Shown: piece by piece, positions 39,853 through 51,755 of the stretch
How positions within the stretch are numbered: the stretch's first letter is position 1
How the letters are laid out: each line of letters starts with the position of its first letter
NCBI GenBank assembly: GCA_026025075.1
Contig: JAPEUI010000007.1
Span: 186,001-250,000 of the forward strand
Reading direction: 5' to 3'
Source of the DNA: Vezdaea acicularis
Taxonomy: Eukaryota
DNA: 64,000 nt
Made by a program: the position numbers and the translations under genes
Notes under the pieces: model-generated
What the model saw: the letters and a program-made list of their open reading frames with translations, nothing else
Databases searched by the model: none
What the model was told of the DNA's origin: nothing

Positions 39853-40670
39853 TGTAAGGGTGGGCACGAGCTCTGCCCTTTTCCTAAGAGCATGACAGGC
39901 GTACAACGTCTGCGTCCTGCTTGCGGCAAGCAGGCGTACGCTTAGCTAGGCGTACGCGGGCTACGGTAGCTAGATATAATGATAGGATGCGGATATAATG
40001 ATATTTGCCCAATTATATAGGGCGATATAGGGATAATAGGGTCATATAGATATAATGAAGTCTCATACGATCTAGCTATGGCATATGGTAGGAAACTATT
40101 TGATGACAAGCCATGGGGGTAACGCCATCGGCATATATAGATAAAGGGCTCAATTAGCGCTGCTCCTGTGCTAGGCTCTAAGCGGCGTTCATCTCGCTTA
40201 GCCCGCCCTAATTCCGCTGGCGAGCTATCGAGAAAGCCACTGCGGCGTCTGTAATGACTGTACTAGCTCCTAGCTTCTATCAAGTCTTTTGGGATGAATA
40301 AGGGGTAAGGAGGCTAGCTTTGCTTCAGCTTTGCTTCAGCTTCGCCTAGCTCCCTAGCACCTAGTATAAGGCCAGGTGGTTCTTAGATCATCTGACATAG
40401 ACAAGCGTAGCTATTAGAGCTGCCGCTTCCCTTAGGATAGCTCTTCAGCAATCAACTCATCTATTCATCTGAATAACTAGTAGGAAGGCATCCTTGCTTT
40501 ACTTTGTCTGACCTTTTTCCTATCTTGCCTTGCCTCGTCTTGCCTCGCCCCAGTACTATCACTGCACCTAGTCTTCGTCTGCAAGTTTTTGAGTCCTTGG
40601 GAGTTAGCTCACACGCCTACAGACCCTTGCTCCCTGACAAAGCACTGGCCTGTCCTTACAGCGTTTTACA
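39853..40670 (+). mobile_element. Solo LTR family 1 (copy D) inside copy C, split by copy E
   Basis: TGTAAG at 39853, TTACA at 40670; TSD ATATA (39848-39852 / 40671-40675). Confidence 0.9.
40250..40660. mobile_element. Solo LTR family 2 (copy E) inside copy D
   Basis: TGTAATG...CCTTACA, 411 bp, unrelated to family 1; TSD GCGTC/GCGTT. Confidence 0.85.
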
Positions 40671-41177
40671 ATATAGATATAATAAAATCTCGTACGATCT
40701 AACTACAGCATATAGTAGAAAACTATCCGATGGTGAGCCATTGGCATATATAAGTAAGGGGTTTAATCAACACTGCCCCTAGGTTAGGCCCTAAGCGGCG
40801 TTCATCTTGTTTAGCTTGCTATAGCTCCGCTGGCAGGCCACCAAAGAAGCCACCGTAGCGTCTTACACTTTCAAACACAAGCAATCCAGTCTATACCACT
40901 TCTTTTGAATGATTCTCTGAAGGTCTGCCGCATTTTTAACAACTTCTGATCTGTTGTTGATAGCTTGTTTGTTGTGGAATAGCAGGATAGGGACAGATGA
41001 GCTATAGGGGCAGGAGCAGATACGCTATATACTGACAGATGCAGCCTCCTTATAGCGCCTACCTATAGGAGCAGCGCTATGAGGCATGCGACTGCCTCGC
41101 AACAGATAGCGCTTATCGCGCTGTCCTGACCAGGCAGTTGTGACCGGGCACGTGATAATCCGTATATATAACGTATT

Positions 41178-41475
41178 TGTTGTGGGACAGCGGGATAGGG
41201 GCAGATGGGCTATAGGGGCAGGAGCAGGTACGCGATATACTGACAGACGCAGCCTTCTTATAGCGCCTGCCCATAGGGGCAGCGCTATAAGGCATGCGAC
41301 TGCCCTGCAACAGACAGCGCTTACTGCGTTGTCCTGACCGGGCAGTCGTGACCGGGCACGTGATGACCCATATATATAGCGTATCCCCCTAGATAGAAAC
41401 AATGCAACTCTTTCATCATAAACCCGTATCAGGACGCCTTATCCTTGCAGTGTCTGGACACCCTGTGGCCTGACA
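41178..41475 (+). mobile_element. Solo LTR family 3 (copy H)
   Basis: 298 bp, TGTTGTGG...CCTGACA; TSD GTATT (41173-41177 / 41476-41480). Confidence 0.92.
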
Positions 41476-41535
41476 GTATTCCCCTAGATAGAAACAATAT
41501 AACTCTTTCATCATAAACATGTATCAGGACGCTTT

Positions 41536-41937
41536 TGTAAGAGTGGGCACGAGCTCTGCCCCTTTCCTAAGAGCATGGCAGGCGTATAACGTCTGCGTTC
41601 TGCCTGCGGCAAGGAGGCGTACGCTCAACGATGCGTACGCGGGCTACAGTAGCTAGATATAATGATATGCTTTGGATATAATGATATTCGCCCGATTATA
41701 TGGGGCGATATAGAGATAATGGGGTCATATAGATATAATGCAGTCTTGTACGATCTAGCTATGGCATATGGTAGGAAACTATTTGATGACAAGCCCTCAG
41801 GGTAGCGCCATCGGCATATATAGGTAAAGGGCTCAATCAGCGCTGCCCCTGTGCTAGGCCCTAAGCGGCGTTCATCTCGCTTAGCCCGCTTTAGCTTTGC
41901 TGGCAGGCCACTGAGAAAGCTACTGCGGCGTCTTATA
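41536..41937 (+). mobile_element. Solo LTR family 1 (copy F)
   Basis: 402 bp, TGTAAG...CTTATA; TSD GCTTT/GCCTT. Confidence 0.92.
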
Positions 41938-41960
41938 GCCTTGTCTTTGCAGTGTCTGGA

Positions 41961-42271
41961 TGTTGTGGGACACTTGCATATGGGAGCAGGGGGATAGCGA
42001 CGGGATACAGGGATAGGGAGTAACTACGCAGCAATACTAATATAGACAGCCTTCGTATAGCGCCTGCCTATAGGGGCAGCGCTATGCGGTATGCGACTGC
42101 CCTACAACGGACAGCGCTTGCCGCGCCGTCTTGACCGGGCAGTCGTGACTGGCACGTGACGACTCGTATATATAACGTATCCTCCTAGATAGAAGAAATA
42201 CAACTCTTTGATCCCCATACTATATCAGGACATCTAGTGCCCTGACGTGTTAGGACACCTGTGCCCTGACA
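41961..42271 (+). mobile_element. Solo LTR family 3 variant (copy I)
   Basis: 311 bp, TGTTGTGG...CCCTGACA; TSD CTGGA (41956-41960 / 42272-42276). Confidence 0.9.
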
Positions 42272-43764
42272 CTGGACACCCTGTGCCCTGACATTGTTTG
42301 AGTTGTAACTATAGATTTTTGATAGGGATTGAGGTCTGGAGAGCATGCTGGCCAGTCCAACATTGGTATTCTATTTTTTTGAAGTCAATTTTTTACGAGT
42401 TTTGACCTGTAGCATGATGCTCCATCATGCATATAATAATATTTTTAGTGTTTCTGTATAAACTGGCGCAATTTGAGCAATACTACAGTCTTCAAAATAT
42501 CTTACATATATTTTTCTCCATTCATCCTACCATTTAGCATAATCATAGACCTCAATTCTTTATCTCTTATATAAGTCCAGTTGCCAACAGATGTTCTGCC
42601 ACCTTTAAATGTTGATGTTAAACATTCAGCAATATATTCTTCTTCTGGTTTATGCCATATCCACACAACTCTGCTGTCTAATCTTAATTCTATATTATAT
42701 TTATCACTAAAAAGTACTTTAGCCCAATCTTTAGATGTCTAATATTTATATGCTTTTGCAAATGCTAGACATGCGTTTTATGCCTTTGATTTAAGAATGG
42801 TTTACGTCTGGCAATCCTACGGTGATATTCAAACTCATCTAAAACTGCTCTGACTGTAGGTGCACTGCAGTGGAAAACGCGGCACAACTCTGCTATTGAG
42901 ATATGCCTATCCTGAATGGCTATTCTGACTAGCCTGCATCTGTCTCTTATCGAAAGACATTTGGGCCGACCGCTTTGAGGCCGGCGGGTTGTGGGGTCGT
43001 CGGGATTCTTTTTGGCTCGAGCTACTACTCTCAAAATCTGGCCCAGCGAGACATGCTCACTTCTCACAATAGTTCTATAAGGAATCTTATGCTTCAGGAG
43101 TGCCAAAACAGCCGAGGCTTTCTGAGGGGTCATATGCCAATGCGCTATCATTTTGGTACAGATTGAATGCTTCTACGACTATCTAAAGCTTCAATCGAGA
43201 ACTTCCCGCTACCCCACAAATCTCTAAAACCTTACGCAATTTTAGTGTTCCGATACTTTTTTAAGCCGACTGTACAAAGAATCATTACCAAAAGCCTTGA
43301 CAAACGGACAGTAGTTACAAAGAAAGAAATCAACTTTAGCGTAGAACCTCACTCTCTAAAAAGTCCATAACTAATACAGTACAATCACAAAGCTGTAAGG
43401 CAAAAGCAGTACAGCGTTTCTGGGCATCAAGTTCTCCATTTACAAATGTGAATATTTGCCATGATGGATATTGATTGATACTTCTACCGCATCATCTACT
43501 CACAACAACAAGCATAGCCCATCCAACACCCGATTGCGCTGTCCATCGCAAAGCGCAGGGTGTCTGCCTACTTCTCTCCCCCCTCCTCCCTTTCCCCCCA
43601 CGCACCACTGTATCCATTTGCCCAAGAGTCGGAAGAAATGAATCAAGACCTCCAAGAACCCGCAAACAACAGACGCAAGCGCGAGCCCCACGTGGACGAG
43701 AACCAAGAAAAAAATCGGCGTGAATACGAGCCACCGCCCATCAGGCTAAACCCGCGACGGGACA

Positions 43765-43829
43765 GCCAAGGCAAGGCAAGCCAAGGCAAGGCAAGCCAAG
43801 GCAAGGCAAGCCAAGGCAAGGCAAGGCAA
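43765..43829. repeat. (GCAAG/CCAAG)n pentanucleotide repeat with a 15-bp higher-order unit
   Basis: GCCAAGGCAAGGCAA repeated ~4 times. Confidence 0.9.
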
Positions 43830-46800
43830 ACCACGTGTATTTGCCGATAATTAGGGCTCGGAAGGGCGCGGGGGTGGTGGCTGGCTGGCTGGCAGGCACT
43901 TCCTGGGGGGCGATCAGCCGGTGGGGGGATCAGTTTGATTGGGTTCGGATGGGGGGGGGGAGGAGGAGGAGGGAGGTAGGATTCCCACGCGGCGGGCCGG
44001 AAGGGGGGGGGGGAGGGAAGAGGGAGTGAGTGCATGAACTCTTGTCGAGGTGAGATGAGGTGGCTTGGTTTGGTGGGTTGAGTAGAGGAGGGGGGGAGAT
44101 CGACGATGAGTTGGATATATGCCGCTAATAGCAGCAGCAGCAGCGAGTTCGTCAGGCAAAAGGAATGGGGGGTGAAAGAAAGAAAGAAAGAAAAGCGGCT
44201 AAAAACGCTCGCTCGGCGGGAAGAAGAGAGACGGCCACGTGGGAAGAAAGGGTCGTCGATGATACGAAGGCGCGCGGGTGGAAGAATGAAAACCACGTGG
44301 GCTGGAAATGGTGGCGGGGCGGGGAGAGAGAGCGGGAAGGGGGATAAATGCGTGGGTGTGCGCCAAGTGTAAATATTGACAATGGGCGGTGAGAAGCTGG
44401 GGGGACGCGGCACGAATTCTCGAGGACGCGCCGCTTTTCTGTCTGATGATTCGACTGGGCCTGAGATGAAGGTGAGGCGGAAGGGATGCGTCGTGGGGGT
44501 CGCACCGGTTGATCCGGTCATCTTCCGTTTGTTGCGGAGGGCGGGAAGGGTTGATTATTGGTCGTCGCGATGAGAATGTCGAGAGGGCTACAGTAGACGA
44601 GGGGGGCGAGACGGGCAAAATTTTTCTTTCGGACGAGCCAAACCACGACAAGTAACAAAGGCCGAGGTAGCGACGCCGACACACGCATCGAATCGAATCG
44701 AATCGAATCATGCGCAATTCGAGACGACAGTAGTAATGAAGACTCATGATATCGCGCAACGCGAGCAATTTGGCAAAAATAAGTCAGCGGTCGCAGGGCC
44801 CAAGGAAGGGGATGGGTGTGTTTCAAGATCCGGAGCTGAATGGCCGGTCGATGGGGTCGACGAGAGAAGTTGAAGAAGAAGAAGAAGAAGAAGGGAGGGA
44901 GGGGGGTGCGGGAGGGGTGGACGATTGGGCCTCGCGCGGTCTCGTTCGCTCCTGCCGGCGAGGAGAGTGGAAGGACAAAGGCGCCTTCCAGAAGGATTGC
45001 CGTGCAGGGTGGCGGACACGTTTTCTCGCGCGGTCGACGCGGCCGTGGCGCTCTTAGCCCCGCCGTCATCCCTCCTTTGGGCAGACGACCGCTGCACCCT
45101 GCGCGGGCGACTTTATCCAGTCCTGTGTACAAACACCCGAACGGTCGTGTGCTCGCGCGGTCGAGCGGCCGACGTAGCCAGGCCGTCCATGGGATGGACC
45201 GCAAGTCGAGCGTGGTCGGTTTCCGGGCGGGGGGGGACTCACGTTGACGTCGTCGCTGGATGGACGATGCCTTTGCGGCTTAGAGGCTGGGCATCGGAAG
45301 CTGGCTGTTCTGGATAAAGTCGACCGGCTGCGACTGACTGGGGCGCCCCGGCCGGGACGGGCGATCGCTGGAGAGTCGCCTCGCGCAAATCGCGGGCTCT
45401 GGTGCAGCCGGCCGCAAGACGTTCCTCTTGGAGCAGAGAAAAGCGCAAGGACGAGGGCCGGGGTGAGACGAACGTGAAGACGTTGGCTGACTGCCATGTG
45501 GACCGGACCTTCTCCACGAACCAGGGCGTCGATTCCAAATCTCATGGGCCTACCCCGGCAGGCAGCAACGAAGCTCATCCATCGGCGTTGCTTGCGTTTG
45601 AAGAGATCCCTAGACCCTGTGTCGGCGATTTGCGGTGGTGGTCGACGTGTGAAACTTAGGGCAAGACAAGGCCACCGGGAGACCGTGGGGGGGGGGGGAG
45701 AGGGGGGGTTGCCGCTCCTGCAGGCGTGATCTTGACCACTCCTGCTCCGACGATGGAGGAGGGCGGATGCAAGTGGGACGCACGCCGTACAAGCTGCTGT
45801 CAGACGCAGCCTTCCGACTTCCTGCTGCTCTGCAGGGAGATATTTCTGCAGCGAAAAGTGTGAAAGTGGTGAGTTTGGAATTTTTCGCCTCCTTCCGGTA
45901 GCATGAGGTCACGCGGGGCGAGGCGGACCAGAGGAGCGACGAGCTTGGCGCCCTTCAGCCATGACTCCGCCGGCGGACGAGCCGATCGATATCGAAAACG
46001 AGTGAAATTAGGCTGGCGGAAACTGGAAATGACCACGGTCGGAGGAGCGTCTAGCTCGCACATGGACGGCGGGTGAAGACGAGAGAGTGACGAGCGTTGG
46101 CGGGGAAGCTCGGCGGCCGTGGGTGAGGAGGGTGAAGGGTCGGCCGCGGCGTGGCTTGACTCAAAGGCCTGCGAGGCGGGAGGGAAAAAGGCGAGCAGAC
46201 CCGCACCCCGACCTGGCCGCAGAGCCGACATGAAAGACGAGCACGAGTGAGGCAGCGCCGTCGCTCCATCCTGTAGATATACAAGACGACAGCCGCGCCC
46301 GTCGTCTTCCTCCTCCCTCGCGCCTGCCTCGTCCGTGCAAACTCTAAACGGTATGCTCTTTCCCCATCGGGACCTGCCCTGGTTACCCGCTTCCTGCCCA
46401 AACCGCAATACGAAACCGCTTGGCGCGCCCGTCGACCACCACCACGTCCGACTCACGCTGTAACATCACCTCAATTGGCATCTTCTGCCCGCGCTCCTCT
46501 GCGCTACTTAATTGTGTCCGGATCAGCGCGTGGCATTCACTTCGTCGGCCCTCTCGCCTTTGCATATACGCCCGTCCGTCCCTTCATCATCGACAGTCTC
46601 ACTCTCCACCCTTCACCGAGCCCGCCGTGAACCTTTCCCCCCCCCACATCTTTCTCTCATCACCGACCGTTCGAGGACTCCGGCGCTGCTCCACTTCATC
46701 CACTCCTTAGCATTTCCTTCAACACGCACCACGTTCGTTTGGTGTGTTCGATTGTCTTAATTACAAACCATTGCACTGGGCTGGCCCGAGCTGTTCCTCC

Positions 46801-46917
46801 ATCCTTCCACTCTTCACTTGATATGTCTGGCACCTCACAGCGAACACTCGACTTCACATCTCCGCTCTTCACCTGAATGATAAACTTTCGCTGGTACCCG
46901 GCATTAGTGTTGTAAAG

Positions 46918-48973
46918 ATGGGCAACTCACATGGCAAGCCAGTCGTCTTTACCGGACAAGGTAAGCCTCAGTCTGAATTATATGCAAGGAGGTGTGAGAT
47001 CAGCGTGACTTCGGATAACCGCGAGTTACACATTCCTTACTGTTCCTCTCTCTAGTATAAAATTGCAGAACCTACAGACTGACTGAATGCCTCTCAGCAG
47101 TGAATCTGAACCACTTTCGGCTTCTTAGAGTCGTTGGCAAAGGCGCTTTTGGCAAGGTCCGGATCGTGGAACGCAAGGACACCGGTCTCACTTTCGCTCT
47201 CAAATACATACGAAAAGATGAAGGCAGGTCACACTCGAAGAATGGTTTCTCTTTCATCATTGCTAAGGGTTATTTCAAATAGTCATACGATCCGAAAGCG
47301 TTCGAAATATCATACGGGAGCGTCGAATGCTGGAGCACCTCAATCACCCGTTCCTGTGCAACTTGCGGTATAGCTTTCAGGATATGGAATACCTGTAAAG
47401 ATCCTCCCAGCCCGCTCTGTAATAGACGCATAACTAATTCGTGCACAGGTATATTGTTGTGGATCTCATGAACGGAGGAGACTTAAGGTTTCATATATCA
47501 AGAAAATCATTCACCGAGGATGCTGTCCGATTCTGGGTCGCGGAACTCGGATGTGCTCTTCGCTATATACACAAACAAGGCATTGTACATAGAGATGTCA
47601 AACCGGACAATATATTACTAGATGGCGATGGTCACGTCCATCTGGCAGACTTTGTGCGTTTCACATGTTTCATATTGGTTCCAGTTTCCGTGTGGCTAAT
47701 CATTTGATAGAACGTTGCGTCCGACTATACACCCGGCAAGCCCTTGACGAGCAAGTCGGGCACGTTGGCGTACCTCGCTCCCGAGGTCTACGAAGGCCGG
47801 GGATACTCGACAGAAGTCGATTGGTGGGGTCTGGGTGTGACGATGTATGAGTGCATATATAACAAGGTAGGATCTTTCGTGTTTCGTCGGACAGAAACAC
47901 ATGGCTGACGGCATAACAGCGGCCTTTCAACGTTCATCGACCACATGAAGAACTAGCAAAAGACATCAAACGAGCAAAACCAAAGTTTCCTACAACCGAG
48001 CCGCCTGTCTCAGCCGAGTGCCAGTCGGCGATGGCCTCGTTGATGGAGAAGAACCGGAAGAAGCGAATCGGGGGTGCCGGCTTTCACACATTCTCTCATC
48101 ACCCTTTCTTGGAAGATATTGACTTTGATGCACTTGAAAGGAAAGAAATTCGACCCGTCTTCGTACCTTCAGCTGATAAGACAAACTTCGACGCCACGTA
48201 TGACTTGGAAGAGCTACTGCTCGAAGAAGCTCCTCTTGAAGCCAGGGCGAGAAGACAGAAGCCCAGGCAGCAACTAGCGGATGACGCAACCGACAAGGAA
48301 ATTAGGGAAGACGAATTGCATCGTATGGTCGAGACGCTCTTTGAGCCTTTCGACTACACCGCGGTTGCGTATGATAGGTCGGGTCCGCTGTCAAAGGCAG
48401 TATCTTGCAATTTGCTAACGATCTTTTAGATATCCCGGCGTCAACCCTGCCACCGGATCCGTCGGCGAGCCGCCCGATTGGGTCCGACCATCCTCAGAAC
48501 CACAGGGTGGGACGAGTTCTTCAGCTGAAGATACCGACATATCTTCCAGGAAGGAAGACTCGCCCGAACACTCAACCTATACGCCCAGTGCGAAGATGAA
48601 CGGCCATGCGGTCGACGATCATCCTCCAAAGACGCCGGGCAGTGCAAACGGGAGCCTGGAGCGAAGCTCTCTCTCCACGAGACTCACGGACTCGTTATCA
48701 CCTCCTACCGCTCGCCGCCTGGTCAACGGCGCGAATGGTGCGTCACCTTCACCGGGCGGCGGCCTGTCAGTCGTACTGGACGAGACGGGCAGCTGGTCAA
48801 AGCTTGGCGACCGTTCCGCCACGATCCCGAGCGACGTCAAGGACAGCAAGGAAGCGGCGAAGCCATCCGGCATGCTCGGCTTCCTCTCGCGCAAGAAGGG
48901 GCGAGGCCACAGCCCGAAGCCACGAGAACGCGGCGTGCTAGGAAGAGAGGGCGCGCGACACGTGGTGGATTGA
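46918..48973 (+). CDS. AGC/YANK (STK32-like) Ser/Thr protein kinase
   Basis: MGNSHG (possible myristoylation), [24 protein letters not shown] in place of DFG (typical of YANK), [23 protein letters not shown]. Seven exons; intron 47224-47282 is GC-AG. Confidence 0.93.
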
Positions 48974-49410
48974 GCAAGCCGTAGGAACGACAGTGTTCTG
49001 TACCATGCGTATCCTGCTGCGTACTACTCGAGCCAAAGCATCAAAAAAAATTGAGAGCGTCTCTTGACGAGCATGGCGAGGTTTCCCCAGAGGTGGAGAA
49101 AGGGAGGTCTGACTTCGACTCGACTCGGCTTGGCTTCCTTTGTACTTGCATCCTTTTCTAGCGAGGGTCGGTTCTGCGTCTCACTTTTGCATGCATGGCG
49201 TCCCCAGCGGACCGCCTGCCACTCTGATGATATCCACGACGAAACAGAAAATAATCTCGGAGACTTGGGGACGAGGGGGGGAAGAATTGCATTGCTGTAT
49301 CTTTCATTCAGCTCGGCGTTTTGGAGGCATATATAGACGCAAGCGGCTTAGGTTCGGGCGATCGTCCTCGCCGTAGCAGCGCGCGCTCGCTTGCTAACCA
49401 GCATCTATCT

Positions 49411-49471
49411 GGCTGGCTGGGCTGGGCTGGGCTGGGCTGGGCTGGGCTGGGCTGGGCTGGGCTGGGCTGGG
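49411..49471. repeat. (GCTGG)n microsatellite
   Basis: About 11 perfect GCTGG units. Confidence 0.95.
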
Positions 49472-49979
49472 AAAAATACAAGGAAGGCCCGTTGTCCAAG
49501 GATGATCTGCTTGGCCGCGGAGGCTTGTTTCAGCAGCGGCGGATGGAATGCTTTCGGCCCTTTTGCTTTGGATGAAGCAGCAGTGTCGCTAATATACATA
49601 TACAAACATTTAACGTGCCGCTGCTTCGATATGCGTTTGTATCTGCCTCCGCTTGTGAGAGTCCAATGTTGGTGATTTCCCCCCCCTTTTCCATCTATGC
49701 CATCTGGAGAGTTTTTGGGGATGTTGGTAGAGTGATCCGGTGTAGTGTATGGGAAGTGAGGTTGAGAGTCAGGCGGTGAGCGTATGTATGGTTGATTTGA
49801 AGAGGTTTGTGGCGCTGGAGCCCGCCAAGGAGAGGGTTGGCGAGTGCGGGACGGAAACGCGTTGGTGGCGCGTACATGTACCCCACTATCCCCCTTGCCG
49901 AATTACCCCACTATAAACTTTTTGTCGAGAGGTTTTCTCTTCTAAACATCCTATTGAATCTCAGCAGCCAAGCATAACA

Positions 49980-51503
49980 ATGTCTGTCAATGACACGTAC
50001 CAGTCTCCCCTTAGCTCGCGCTATGCGAGTAAGGAGATGTCCTTCCTCTTCTCCCTCCGTAACCGCTTCACGACGTGGCGGAAATTATGGTTGTGGCTCG
50101 CGGAATCGGAGCAAGAGCTTGGCGTCACCGACATCACGGACGAAGCGCTCCAGCAGATGCGGGAGAAGCTCACGGTCACGGACGAGGATCTAGTAGTGGC
50201 AGCCGAGGAGGAAAAGAGACGGCGGCACGACGTGATGGCTCACGTCCACGCCTATGGCCAGGTGGCTCCCGCGGCCGCGGGGTTTATACACTACGGTGCT
50301 ACATCTTGCTATGTCACCGACAACGCCGACCTCATCTTCCTCCGCGACGGCCTGGACATACTCCTCCCGAGACTTGCGACGATCATGAAGAAGCTGTCGG
50401 ACTTTGCGATCGAACACAAGGACCTCCCCTGCCTGGCATACACGCATGGTCAACCCGCCCAGCTCACGACCGTCGGCAAGCGGACCTGCCTGTGGCTACA
50501 AGACCTCCTCATCAACCTCCGCAACCTAGAGCGCGCGCGCGACGACCTGCGCTTCCGCGGCGTCAAAGGCACGACCGGCACCCAAGCTAGCTTCCTTCAG
50601 ATCTTCCACGGCTCGCACGCAAAAGTCGAAGCGCTCGACGAGCTCGTCACCAAAAAAGCCGGCTTCGCCTCCGCCTACACCATCACCTCCCAGACCTACT
50701 CCCGCATCGTCGACCTCCAAGTCGCCAACGCCCTCTCCGTCTTCGGCGACACCTGCCAGCGCATCGGCGGGGATATCCGCCACCTCGCCGCCTTCAAGGA
50801 GATGGAAGAGCCCTTCGAGCCCGACCAGATCGGCTCCAGCGCCATGGCGTATAAGCGCAACCCCATGCGCTCGGAGCGCATGTGCAGTATGGGCCGCATG
50901 CTCGCCAACATCAACAAGAACGCAAGCAACACTTACGCGGCGCAGTGGTTCGAGCGCACCCTCGACGACAGCGCCATCCGTCGCATGATGCTCCCGGACA
51001 TGTTCCTGCTCGCCGACATCCTCTGTAGTACCATGAACAACGTCGTCAGCGGCCTCGTCCTCTACCCCGCCGTCATCAACAAGCGCATCGCCGAGGAACT
51101 CCCCTTTATGGCCACGTAAGTCTCTCCCTCACCTACCTTTACCCTCCCCCCCTTTCCCCCCTTACTAACCCCCCCTTTTTTTTAAAGCGAAAACATCATC
51201 ATGCGCCTCGTCGCCCTCTCCCACTCCCGCCAAACCGCCCACGAGCACCTCCGCCAACTCTCCCACCAGGCCAGCGCCCGCGTAAAGCAGCACGGCGCCC
51301 CCAACGACCTCCTCGCCCGCATCCGCGCCGATCCCTTCTTCGCCCCCATCGTCCCCGAGCTCGACGCTCTCACCGATCCCAAGTCCTTTATCGGTCGTGC
51401 CCCCCAGCAGGTGGAGAAGTTTGTACGGGAGGAGTTGGAGGAGCGGTTGCAGGTTTATAGGGAGGCGCTCGTGAGGGACGAGGTTGTTAAGTTGAGTGTT
51501 TGA
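49980..51503 (+). CDS. ADE13: Adenylosuccinate lyase
   Basis: [32 protein letters not shown], signature [15 protein letters not shown]; one intron ~51116-51187. Confidence 0.97.
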
Positions 51504-51755
51504 GTTTGGTATCATAACCCCTTTTCAGCAATGAGGGGGAGGGTGGGGTTGGGTGGTGGAAGTGGGAGGCTTCTCGCATGTATATACATCTCTCATCTTT
51601 CGGAACAGGCGGTAGAGGCCCTACTGTACTGTAATGTACATACAACTCCAGCTCTCCATCCCCCACTCAGTGAGAGAAAAGGGTATTCTGAAACGCACCA
51701 ACCCAAGTCCCTCCCTCCCCACAAATCTTAGCGCCCACATACGCCCTCAGAAACC

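Larger units (their letters stand above)
39657..40867 (+). mobile_element. Solo LTR family 1 (copy C), split by copy D
   Basis: TGTAAG at 39657 and CTTACA at 40867; the halves join across 39853-40675; TSD TTTTC/CTTTC. Confidence 0.9.
39162..40877. mobile_element. LTR-like element (family 4, copy K) with internal ~66-bp subrepeats, interrupted by copy C
   Basis: Terminal inverted motif TATTTGAAA (39162) / TTTCAAACA (40877); five degenerate TATCCATCAGCGTTTCAAGCG-containing units at ~39270-39560. No matching TSD at these ends; CAAGC at 38584-38588 and 40878-40882 may mark a larger truncated insert. Confidence 0.55.
40970..42293 (+). mobile_element. Solo LTR family 3 (copy G) hosting copies H, F and I
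   Basis: TGTTGTGG...CCCTGACA; TSD TTGTT (40965-40969 / 42294-42298); inserted in the second Tc1 transposase. Confidence 0.9.
38438..43272 (-). mobile_element. Second Tc1/mariner relic, split by nested LTR insertions
   Basis: HTH region 43151-42765 (SGRPKCLSIRDRCRLVRIA...RRIARRKPFL), WAKVLFSD, QHDGAS and WPACSPDLNP near 42330-42360. The frame resumes at 40964-40883 (AINNRSEVVKNAADLQRIIQKKW) and probably near 38583 (QVLMTEKLPSCCRTI). TIR-like end CAGTCGGCTTAAAAAAGTATCGG + TA at 43272. The left end is only weakly supported. Confidence 0.8.

Noticed and set aside
40970..42293. Apparent ~208-bp tandem satellite
   Set aside because: Resolves into same-family solo LTRs inserted into one another, each with TG...CA ends and a 5-bp TSD.
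28900..43300. Starship giant transposon
   Set aside because: No DUF3435 tyrosine-recombinase captain and no identifiable terminal direct repeats in the window.
43475..46760. Many overlapping 60-290 aa ORFs
   Set aside because: Low-complexity Pro/Arg/Gly/Ser translations on both strands, as expected from GC-rich sequence and microsatellites; no domain signature or consistent splice structure.
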